From contig OZ244720.1 of assembly GCA_965219085.1 (NCBI GenBank), forward strand, positions 2,752,001 through 2,816,000: a stretch of DNA of 64,000 nucleotides, read 5' to 3'. Below the pieces are notes generated by a model. The model saw only the letters and a program-made list of their open reading frames with translations. It was not told the DNA's origin and did no database searches. The translations under genes were made by a program, and so were the position numbers. This document shows positions 56,485 through 64,000 of this stretch, piece after piece. The stretch is from Dehalococcoidia bacterium (GTDB lineage: Bacteria > Chloroflexota > Dehalococcoidia > UBA2979). Position 1 is the stretch's first letter, and every line of letters starts with the position of its first letter.

Positions 56485-57920
56485 GGCGTGCTCCCCTCGG
56501 CCGGCGCGACGCCGAGCAGGCGGTCGCGCACGAGCGGCAGCAAGGCGTCGATAGGGCCTGCGCCGATGGTGAGGAACACGTCGCCGGGCCCCAGCTCGCG
56601 GACGGCGGCGTCTGCCGCCTCCTCGAACGAGGCGACGTAACGCGCGGGCGGCTCCGCGATCTCGGCGGCCAGCGCCGCGCCGTCGATGCCCTGGTCCGGG
56701 GTCTCGCGCGCCGGGTAGGTCGGCGCGACGATCAGCGCGTCGAGGCCCTCGAAGCAGGTGCGGAAGCCATCGAGCAGGTACTGCGAGCGCGAGTAGGTGT
56801 GCGGCTGGAAGCAGCCGACGACGCGCCGGCCGGGGTAGCGCTGCCGCGCCGCGCTGAGCGTCGCGCGCACCTCGGTGGGGTGGTGCGCGTAGTCGTCGAC
56901 GAGCGTGACACCCGCGGCCTCGCCGAACACCTCGAAGCGCCGCCGCGTGCCGGTGAACTCGGCGATCGCCTGTGCCGCGCGGTGGAAGTCCACGCCAGCC
57001 CGCATCGCCACCGCGAGCGCGCCCAGGGCGTTCGTGACGTTGTGCCTCCCCGGGACGCGCAGCTCGATCTGCCCGAGCTCGGCGCCATCGAGGAGCACCG
57101 TCGCGGCGAGGCCACCGAGCGCCCCCGGCCGCACGTGCGTCGCGCGCCACTCGGTGTCCGTCGCGAGGCCGTACAGCTCGACGCGCGCACCGGCAGCGCG
57201 CTGCTGCGCGCCCAGCTCGGCCGCCCACGGCGAGTCCGCGCACACGAAGAGCGTGCCGTCCTCGCGGACGCGCGCGGCGAAGGCCGCGAACGCCTCGCGC
57301 AGCCGCTCCGGCGTGCCGTAGTAGTCGAGGTGATCGGGCTCGATGTTCGTGATCAGCGCGAACTGCGGCTCGTACTCCAGGAACGCCTCGGCGTACTCGT
57401 CGGCCTCGACGACCGCGAGGTCGCCCGCGCCGTCGCGCGCGTTCCCGCCCAGGTCGGGCGAGTCGCCGCCGAGCAGCACGAGCGGGTCGAGGCCGCCGCG
57501 TTCGGCCAGCAGCGCGGCCAGCGCCGTCGTGGTGGTCTTGCCGTGGCTGCCGGCGATGGCAAGCACGCGCCGGTCCTGCAGCAGCCGCTGCACCATCTCC
57601 GCGCGCACGACCACCTCGATGCCGCGCTCGCGCGCCGCGGTCAGCTCGGGATTGTCGGCGGGCGCCGCCACGGTGGCGACGACGAGCTCCGCGCGCCCGA
57701 CGTTGGACGCGGCGTGCCCCTCGTAGACCGTCGCGCCCTGTTCCTGGAGGCGGCGCGTGTAGTCGGACGTGGCGAGGTCGGAGCCGGTCACGACGTGCCC
57801 GCGGGCGAGCAGGATCTGGCCGATCGCCGAGAGGTGGACGCCGCCCGCGCCCACGAGGTGCACCCGCCTCGGGATCGCCGCGCCGTCCGCGCGCCCTCGC
57901 GACCTGCTGAGCGTCATCAT
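56481..57920 (-). CDS. murC: UDP-N-acetylmuramate--L-alanine ligase
   Basis: AGSHGKTTT, EADE, DHLDYY, DDYAHHPTE, FQPHTYSR. Confidence 0.95.
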   Translation of the reverse strand: MMTLSRSRGRADGAAIPRRVHLVGAGGVHLSAIGQILLARGHVVTGSDLATSDYTRRLQEQGATVYEGHAASNVGRAELVVATVAAPADNPELTAARERGIEVVVRAEMVQRLLQDRRVLAIAGSHGKTTTTALAALLAERGGLDPLVLLGGDSPDLGGNARDGAGDLAVVEADEYAEAFLEYEPQFALITNIEPDHLDYYGTPERLREAFAAFAARVREDGTLFVCADSPWAAELGAQQRAAGARVELYGLATDTEWRATHVRPGALGGLAATVLLDGAELGQIELRVPGRHNVTNALGALAVAMRAGVDFHRAAQAIAEFTGTRRRFEVFGEAAGVTLVDDYAHHPTEVRATLSAARQRYPGRRVVGCFQPHTYSRSQYLLDGFRTCFEGLDALIVAPTYPARETPDQGIDGAALAAEIAEPPARYVASFEEAADAAVRELGPGDVFLTIGAGPIDALLPLVRDRLLGVAPAEGSTP

Positions 57921-58993
57921 GCCGCCAGCTCCAGCAGCGTGTCGGCGAGCTCCTGGGCCGCGTGGGGGCGGGCGAGGCTCGACATCGCCGCGGCCATCGC
58001 GGCGCGTTGCGCGCCGTCCTCGAGCAGCCTCGCCACCTCGTCACCGAGGCGTTCGAGCTCGTCGCCGCCGAGCACGACGGCTGCGCCTTGTGATGCGAGG
58101 AAAGTCGCGTTCGCGCGCTGGTCGGAGAAGCCGCCCGGGACCACGATCGCCGGGAGCCCGGCGGCCGGCAGCTCGCCCAGCACGGAGGCGCCGGCGCGCG
58201 TGACGGCGAGGTCGGAGGCGGCCATCGCCCACGCCATCTCCTCGGTGTACGCGCGCAGCTGGTAGCGCTGCTGGCGCCAGGACGAGAGCTGCTCGCGCTC
58301 GTGGGCGAGCCACGCCTCCTCGTCGCGACCGGCGATGTGGATGATCTGCGCCTGGTCGAGCAGCGGTTGCAGCGCGTTCGCGATCGCGAGGTTGATCGTG
58401 TGCGCGCCCTGCGACCCGCCGGTCACGAGCAGCGTCGTCACCGTCGGGTCGAGGTTGAAGCGGCGCGCGCCCTCTTCGCGCTCGGCTTCGGCGAACTGGC
58501 GGCGCACGGGGTAGCCGGTCACGGTCGCCTTGTCCGGGGGCAGGTACTCCAGTGAGCCGTGGACGGAGCACGCGACCCTCGTCGCCTGGCGCTGGAGCGC
58601 CCGCACGGCCCAGCCGGGTCGGACGTCGGGGAGGAACAGCAGGAGCGGGATGCCGCGCCGCCTTGCCGCGCGCCCGACGGGTGCGGCCGCGTAGCCGCCC
58701 GTGGCGAAGACTGCGTGCGGGGCGTCGCGATCGAGCCAGCGCAGCGACTCGCGGTAGCCGAGTGCGAGCTGGATCGCGCCCCGCGCCATGCGCCACGGCG
58801 AGCGTGACCGCACCGGCGCGGCGCGCACCGCGCGGTACTCGAAGCCCTCGGCCTCGGCGACCGCGCGCTCGGGGCCGTGGGGGGTGCCGTAGTAGAACAG
58901 CTCGACGTCGGCGCGTTCGCGCAGACGCTCGGCCACCGCCACCGATGGGTAGGCGTGGCCGCCGGTGCCGCCGCCGGTGAGCACGAACTTCAT
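57917..58993 (-). CDS. murG: MurG glycosyltransferase
   Basis: GGGTGGH, TGGY, GGSQGA, RAGAS. Confidence 0.95.
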   Translation of the reverse strand: MKFVLTGGGTGGHAYPSVAVAERLRERADVELFYYGTPHGPERAVAEAEGFEYRAVRAAPVRSRSPWRMARGAIQLALGYRESLRWLDRDAPHAVFATGGYAAAPVGRAARRRGIPLLLFLPDVRPGWAVRALQRQATRVACSVHGSLEYLPPDKATVTGYPVRRQFAEAEREEGARRFNLDPTVTTLLVTGGSQGAHTINLAIANALQPLLDQAQIIHIAGRDEEAWLAHEREQLSSWRQQRYQLRAYTEEMAWAMAASDLAVTRAGASVLGELPAAGLPAIVVPGGFSDQRANATFLASQGAAVVLGGDELERLGDEVARLLEDGAQRAAMAAAMSSLARPHAAQELADTLLELAA

Positions 58994-60198
58994 CGTGATG
59001 CCGCCGCGGCGCGGCGGCGTCCCTTCCGCGCCTCGCGCACCACGCCGCGCGAGGGCGGCTCGTTGGCCGGGTCGTCCAGCGCTGCGTAGCGGGACACGGA
59101 GAGCAGCACGCCGATCGCGGTGAGCGTGACCGCCAGCGACGAGCCGCCGTAGGACAGGAAGGGGAGCGTGATGCCGGTGAGCGGGATCGAGCGCGTCACG
59201 CCGCCGACGTTGATCAGCACCTGCAGCGCGATCCACATCAGGATCCCCGCCACGAGCAGCGACCCGAACGGGTCGGCCGCGCGCTGCATGATCCGTAGCC
59301 CGCGCCACAACAGCAGCGCGAACAGCAGCAGCACGACCGTCACGCCGATGTACCCGAGCTCCTCGCCGATGATCGAGAGGATGCCGTCGGTGTGCGCTGC
59401 GGGTACGAAGAAGAACTTCTGCCTCGACACGCCGAGGCCGAGACCGGTCCAGCCGCCCGAGCCGAACGCAATGAGCATCTGCAGCGTCTGGAAGCCGTAG
59501 CCCGCGGGGTCCGCCTCGGCGGAAGTGAACGAGAGGATACGCGTCATCCCGTAGCCGCCGACGACCACGAACGCGGCAGTGAAGCCGACGGCCGTGACCA
59601 CGAGGGCCAGCAGGTGCGTGAGCCTGGCGCCCGAGACGAAGAAGAGCGTGCCCGTGATCGCCGCGATGAGCAGCGCCGTCCCCAGGTCCGGCTCGAGCAG
59701 CACGAGCGCCGTCACCAGCCCGACCATGGCGACGAACGGCACGACGCCGAGCGCGAAGTTGCGCACGGTCGGCCCCTTCGCAGCGAGCCAGGCGGCGAGG
59801 TAGACGATGACCGCCAGCTTGGCGAGCTCGCTCGGCTGGCCCGAGAGCGGCCCGATCTCGATCCAGCGCGTTGGTCCGCCCTCGACGGCGCTGACGCCGA
59901 TGCCCGGCACGAGTGCGGCGCCGAGGCCGGCCAGCGCGAGGAGCATGAGCAGCGGGCTCACCCGCCGCAGCCAGCGGTAGTCGATGAAGCTCGCGGCGAA
60001 CATGCCGGCGCAGCCGACCGCCGCCCACAGCACTTGCCGCTTGATGTAGAAGTCCGAGTCCCCGTGCGCTACGTACCCCAGCGCGTACGACGCCGAGTAG
60101 ACCGCGATGAGTCCGATCACGAGCAGCATGATCACGATCGTCACCAGCACCCAGTCCGGGCCGTGACGCTTCGGCGCGGCGAGCTGCTTGAGCGTCAC
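58990..60198 (-). CDS. ftsW: SEDS peptidoglycan polymerase FtsW
   Basis: QPSELAK, EPDLG, HTD, GEELG, GITLPFLSYGGSS. Confidence 0.95.
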   Translation of the reverse strand: MTLKQLAAPKRHGPDWVLVTIVIMLLVIGLIAVYSASYALGYVAHGDSDFYIKRQVLWAAVGCAGMFAASFIDYRWLRRVSPLLMLLALAGLGAALVPGIGVSAVEGGPTRWIEIGPLSGQPSELAKLAVIVYLAAWLAAKGPTVRNFALGVVPFVAMVGLVTALVLLEPDLGTALLIAAITGTLFFVSGARLTHLLALVVTAVGFTAAFVVVGGYGMTRILSFTSAEADPAGYGFQTLQMLIAFGSGGWTGLGLGVSRQKFFFVPAAHTDGILSIIGEELGYIGVTVVLLLFALLLWRGLRIMQRAADPFGSLLVAGILMWIALQVLINVGGVTRSIPLTGITLPFLSYGGSSLAVTLTAIGVLLSVSRYAALDDPANEPPSRGVVREARKGRRRAAAASR

Positions 60199-61604
60199 GA
60201 CGCGCCTCCCGTGATCGCCTCGACCGCCGCGCGGAACGCGGCGCCGCGCTGTTCGAAGTTGCGGTACGCGTCGAACGACGTGCCGGCCGGCGAGCACAGC
60301 ACCACGTCGCCCTCGCGCGCGAGCTCGGCCGCCGCTGCGACGGCGGCCTCGACGTCATCGACCTCGCGCAACTCGGGACGATCGCCGTCGCGCGCGGCGC
60401 GCACGGCATCGAGGAACACGGGGCCCGCCTCGCCGAAACCGACCACCGCGCGGCAGCGCTGTACCGCCTCGCGCGCGAGCTCGCCGAGCGGGAGGTGCTT
60501 GTCGCGCCCGCCGAGCAGGAGCACCGCCCGCTCGTCGAAGGCGCGCAGCCCGGCGAGGGTGCGTTCCGGCGTCGTGGCAATCGAGTCGTTGACCCACGTC
60601 ACCCCGCGCGCCCGGGCCACCACCTCGAGGCGGTGGGGGACGCCGCGGAACGTGCGGATCGCTTGCGCGGCCGCGTCGTCCTCGACACCGAGTTGGGCGG
60701 CCAGGCCCACGGCGGTGACGACGTTGGCGACGTTATGGTCGCCGCGCAGGGGAATGTCCCCGCGCCCAATCACGGGGTGCTCGCGCCCGTCCTCGACGCG
60801 CACGACCACGCCGCGGGAGACGGTCGCGCCGTCGCCGGGGAGCGCCCGCTCGACGGAGGTGTAGCGCACGAGGCCCGGCGCCTCCTCGGCGAAGCCCGCG
60901 GCGACCTCGTCGTCGATGTGGAAGACCGCGACGTCGTCGGGCTGCTGGAACTCGAAGATGCGCCGCTTGAGGCCGACGTACGACGACCACGAGTAGGCGT
61001 CGAGGTGGTTGGGGGTGACGTTCGTCACGCACGCGATGTGGGGGCTCTGCTCGACCGACTCGAGTTGCGTGTGCGACAGCTCGAGCACGACGTTCGTCGT
61101 CGGCTCGATGCGGTCGAGCAGGCCCAGCAGGCCGACGCCGATGTTGCCACCGACGACATAATCAGCACCCGATGCTTCGAGCATCGCGCCGACGAGGGCC
61201 GTGGTGGTGGTCTTACCGGACGAGCCGGTGATGCCGGCGACGGGCGCGGGACACGTCTCCAGGAACAGCCGCGTCATCGACGAGATCGGTACGTCGGCGC
61301 GGCGCGCGGCGCGCAGCGCCGGTAGATCCTGCGGGACGCCCTGCGAGGCGAAGACGGTGTCCGCGCCGACCATGTCCTCCTCGCGATTCGCGCCCAGCGA
61401 CAGCGTCACGTCGAGGTCGGAGATGGCGTCGAGGGCATCGCGGAGCTGCTCGGCGGGGCGCGCGTCGGAGACGGTGACGCGGGCTGCGCGCGGCGCGAGG
61501 AATCGAACGAGATCGATGCCCTCAATGCCGAGGCCGACGACGGTCACGCGGGTACCCTCGTAGTTATGATCAGGCGCCAACGCACGTTTATGGTTTCCGT
61601 ACAC
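60195..61604 (-). CDS. murD: UDP-MurNAc-L-Ala--D-glutamate ligase (start approximate)
   Basis: ITGSSGKTTT, GGNIG, HRLE, NDSIAT, SFDAYRNFEQRG. Confidence 0.95.
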   Translation of the reverse strand: MYGNHKRALAPDHNYEGTRVTVVGLGIEGIDLVRFLAPRAARVTVSDARPAEQLRDALDAISDLDVTLSLGANREEDMVGADTVFASQGVPQDLPALRAARRADVPISSMTRLFLETCPAPVAGITGSSGKTTTTALVGAMLEASGADYVVGGNIGVGLLGLLDRIEPTTNVVLELSHTQLESVEQSPHIACVTNVTPNHLDAYSWSSYVGLKRRIFEFQQPDDVAVFHIDDEVAAGFAEEAPGLVRYTSVERALPGDGATVSRGVVVRVEDGREHPVIGRGDIPLRGDHNVANVVTAVGLAAQLGVEDDAAAQAIRTFRGVPHRLEVVARARGVTWVNDSIATTPERTLAGLRAFDERAVLLLGGRDKHLPLGELAREAVQRCRAVVGFGEAGPVFLDAVRAARDGDRPELREVDDVEAAVAAAAELAREGDVVLCSPAGTSFDAYRNFEQRGAAFRAAVEAITGGAS

Positions 61605-61611
61605 GCTTATA

Positions 61612-62577
61612 TCACACCGCCAGAGCCAATGCGATGCCGACCATCGCGCCGGCGAAGGCAAATAGCCATAACCGCAGCACCACCTGCGGCTCGCTCCACC
61701 CGATGAGCTCCATGTGGTGATGCAGCGGTGTCATACGGAAGAAGCGCCGCCCACCTGTCGTCTGGAAGTACGCGATCTGGATGAGCGTCGAGCCTGCCTC
61801 GACGACAAACACGATCCCGATGATCGGGAGCAGCAGCCAGTGCCCGGTCATGAGGGCCACGGTCGCCAGCGACGCGCCGAGCGGCAGTGCGCCTGTGTCG
61901 CCCATGAACAGCGAGGCGGGGTGGACGTTGTACCAGAGGAACCCCAGCAGCGCCCCCGTCACCGTGAATGAGAACGTCGCGAGGAACGCCTGCTCCTGCA
62001 TGAACGCGATCACCCCGTACGCCGCGAAGGCGACCGCGGCGGTGCCGCCGAGGAGCCCGTCGAGCCCGTCGGTGATCGAGACGGCGCTCGTGGTCGCGAT
62101 GATCGTGACCACGGCGATTGGGATGTAGAACAGCCTGAGCTCGTACCCGCCGAGCCACGGGACGTTCACGCTCCGCGCGTCGAGGAGGAAGTAGAGGATC
62201 AACGACACGGCCAGCGCGAGACCGACCATGTAGACGAACTTGAGGCGCCAGGTCAGCGCCCGTCGTCCCGGGAAGCGGTCGACGAGCGTCCCCATGTCGT
62301 CGAGCGCGCCGACGATGAGGCCGGAGATCACGACGCCGAGCGGCAGCAGGATGCTGAGCCGGTCGAAGAGGTTGGTGGGGATCGTCACGATCGCCACCGC
62401 GCCGAAGATGAGCAGCCCGCCCATGGTGGGCGTGCCGGCCTTCACGTCGTGCGACGAGGGGCCATCCTCGGAGATGGCCTTGCCGATCCGCTGGCCGACG
62501 AGCCAGCGCACTACCCAGCTGCCGCCGAGCAGGGCGACCACGAACGCGGCGCTCCCGGTGAGCAACGCATCCGTCAT
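61612..62577 (-). CDS. mraY: Phospho-N-acetylmuramoyl-pentapeptide transferase
   Basis: KAGTPTMGG, TDGLDGL, FMGDTG, PLHHHMEL. Confidence 0.96.
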   Translation of the reverse strand: MTDALLTGSAAFVVALLGGSWVVRWLVGQRIGKAISEDGPSSHDVKAGTPTMGGLLIFGAVAIVTIPTNLFDRLSILLPLGVVISGLIVGALDDMGTLVDRFPGRRALTWRLKFVYMVGLALAVSLILYFLLDARSVNVPWLGGYELRLFYIPIAVVTIIATTSAVSITDGLDGLLGGTAAVAFAAYGVIAFMQEQAFLATFSFTVTGALLGFLWYNVHPASLFMGDTGALPLGASLATVALMTGHWLLLPIIGIVFVVEAGSTLIQIAYFQTTGGRRFFRMTPLHHHMELIGWSEPQVVLRLWLFAFAGAMVGIALALAV

Positions 62578-64000
62578 GGCACGGGCTCCCCGGGTGCATC
62601 GGCGTCCCGCGCACGCGAGGCGAGTCGCGACTCCACTGCCGCCACCACCGTTTCCAGCGCGAGTGCGCGCGACCCCTTCACGAGCAGCGCATCGCCCGGC
62701 CGCAGCGTCGCGATCAGCGCCCGCGCCGCCGCCTCCTTCGAGTCGGCGTGCTCGGCGGCTTGCAGCCCGCAACCCTGCGCGGCCTGTGCGATGCGCGAAG
62801 CGAGGTCGCCGACCGTGAACAGCACGTCGGCGACACCCGCGGCGCGACGGCCCACCACGTCGTGCGAGGACTCGGCGAGGTCGCCGAGTTCGAGCATGTC
62901 GCCGAGCAGCGCGAGCTTGCGCCCCGGCATCTCGGCCAGCAGGTCGAGCGCGGCGAGGGTCGCCGCCGGGCTCGCGTTGTAGGTGTCGTCGAGCAGCGTG
63001 ACGCCGCCCGGCAACTCGCGGACCGTGAGCCGTAGCGGCACGTCGAGCGCCTCGAGGGTGGAGCAGACCCCGTCGAGCGGTATGTCCTCGGTGAGCCCGG
63101 CCGCGGCGGCGGCGAGCACGTTCGGCAACAGGTGCGCGCCGGGCAACGGCACGCGCACGCGCCGTTGCTCGCCCCGAGCGTGCAGGGTGAAGGCGAAGCC
63201 GGCAGCGCCCAGCGGTTCGAGGTCCGTGCCGCGCACGTCGGCGTCCCCGACGGTGCCGAAGCGCGTCACCGGCGCGGCGGTGTGTGCGGCCATCGCCGCT
63301 ACCACGGGGTCGTCGATGTTCAGCAGCGCGTGGCCGTCGGGCGGCAGCGCCTCGACGAGCTCGCGCTTCGCGCGAGCGATGGCGTCGAGCGAGCCGGCGC
63401 GTTCGAGGTGCACCGGCCCCACGTTGAGCACGATGCCGGTGCGCGGGCGCGTCCACGTGCAGAGCAGCGCGATCTCGCCGGTGGTGTACATGCCGTGCTC
63501 GATCACCGCGCGCCCGGTCTCCGGCCGCAGTTCGAGCAGGCAGAGCGGCACGCCGATCTCGTTGTTGTAGTTGAGCTCGCTGGCCTGCACGCGGAATCGC
63601 CGGGCCAGCACGGAGGCGGCCATCAGCTTCGTCGTCGTCTTGCCGACGTTGCCCGTGACGCCGACGACCTCGGTCGCCGGCAGGGCGGCGCGCCACGCGG
63701 CCCCCAGCTCCTGCAGCGCGGCGAGCGGCTCGTCGACGACGAACAGCGTGGCGCCTTCGATGGCCGCGGGTTCGGCGGGCGGTGCGCTCACGAGCACGCC
63801 CGACGCGCCACGCCGGACGGCGTCGGCGGCGAACCCGGCGCCGTCGGCATGCTCGCCGGGCAGCCCGACGAACAGGTCGCCGGGGCCGGCCCGTCGCGAG
63901 TCGATGACGGCGCGCGTGAAGCGCGCGCCGGGGCCGCGGCGCTCCCGCAGCCGGCCGGCCAGCACGCGGCCGACGAATGCGGCGTCGAGCTGCGGGGCAC
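62574..64000 (-). CDS. murF: UDP-MurNAc-tripeptide--D-Ala-D-Ala ligase (5' end beyond window)
   Basis: IDSR, VTGNVGKTTTK, NNEIGVP, DDTYNASP, GDMLELG, LVKGSR. Confidence 0.94.
   Translation of the reverse strand, partial: APQLDAAFVGRVLAGRLRERRGPGARFTRAVIDSRRAGPGDLFVGLPGEHADGAGFAADAVRRGASGVLVSAPPAEPAAIEGATLFVVDEPLAALQELGAAWRAALPATEVVGVTGNVGKTTTKLMAASVLARRFRVQASELNYNNEIGVPLCLLELRPETGRAVIEHGMYTTGEIALLCTWTRPRTGIVLNVGPVHLERAGSLDAIARAKRELVEALPPDGHALLNIDDPVVAAMAAHTAAPVTRFGTVGDADVRGTDLEPLGAAGFAFTLHARGEQRRVRVPLPGAHLLPNVLAAAAAGLTEDIPLDGVCSTLEALDVPLRLTVRELPGGVTLLDDTYNASPAATLAALDLLAEMPGRKLALLGDMLELGDLAESSHDVVGRRAAGVADVLFTVGDLASRIAQAAQGCGLQAAEHADSKEAAARALIATLRPGDALLVKGSRALALETVVAAVESRLASRARDADAPGEPVP

Noticed and set aside
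1-64000. tRNA, rRNA, T-box or cobalamin riboswitch
   Set aside because: None recognisable by eye, including upstream of trpS, argS and nrdJ; a covariance-model scan would be needed to exclude them.

Overview
High-GC (roughly 70%+ by eye) bacterial chromosome segment. Gene content points to a Dehalococcoidia/SAR202-like Chloroflexota; this is inferred from a Chloroflexus-type Mcl, a PBP with C-terminal repeats and many catabolic paralogues. The left part (1-29.5 kb) holds catabolic genes, two MFS transporters and an ethylmalonyl-CoA-pathway-like set (mch, mcd, mcl plus an ATP-grasp CoA ligase pair). The right part is core genome: class A PBP, gatCA, trpS, argS, nrdJ/nrdR and the dcw cluster murF to ftsZ. 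Single accessory genes sit between core genes: nucleases, Fic, a TA pair, small TM proteins and an IS5 remnant. Several of them lie next to duplicated pieces of neighbouring genes or promoters. Strongest hidden signals: (1) a two-domain rhodanese with an in-frame UGA at the catalytic position and an fdhF-like SECIS, i.e. a selenoprotein missed by the ORF track; (2) FtsZ with a 287-aa in-frame acidic N-terminal extension and a second internal RBS; (3) a minimal GIY-YIG gene with a LexA-type box and a candidate cis-antisense sRNA; (4) a nuclease gene bracketed by a perfect 39-bp direct repeat, plus a triplicated trpS promoter; (5) two intergenic tandem hairpin arrays; (6) a divergent gene pair with probable CTG and ATC starts. 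All family calls come from motif recognition by eye, not from database searches.
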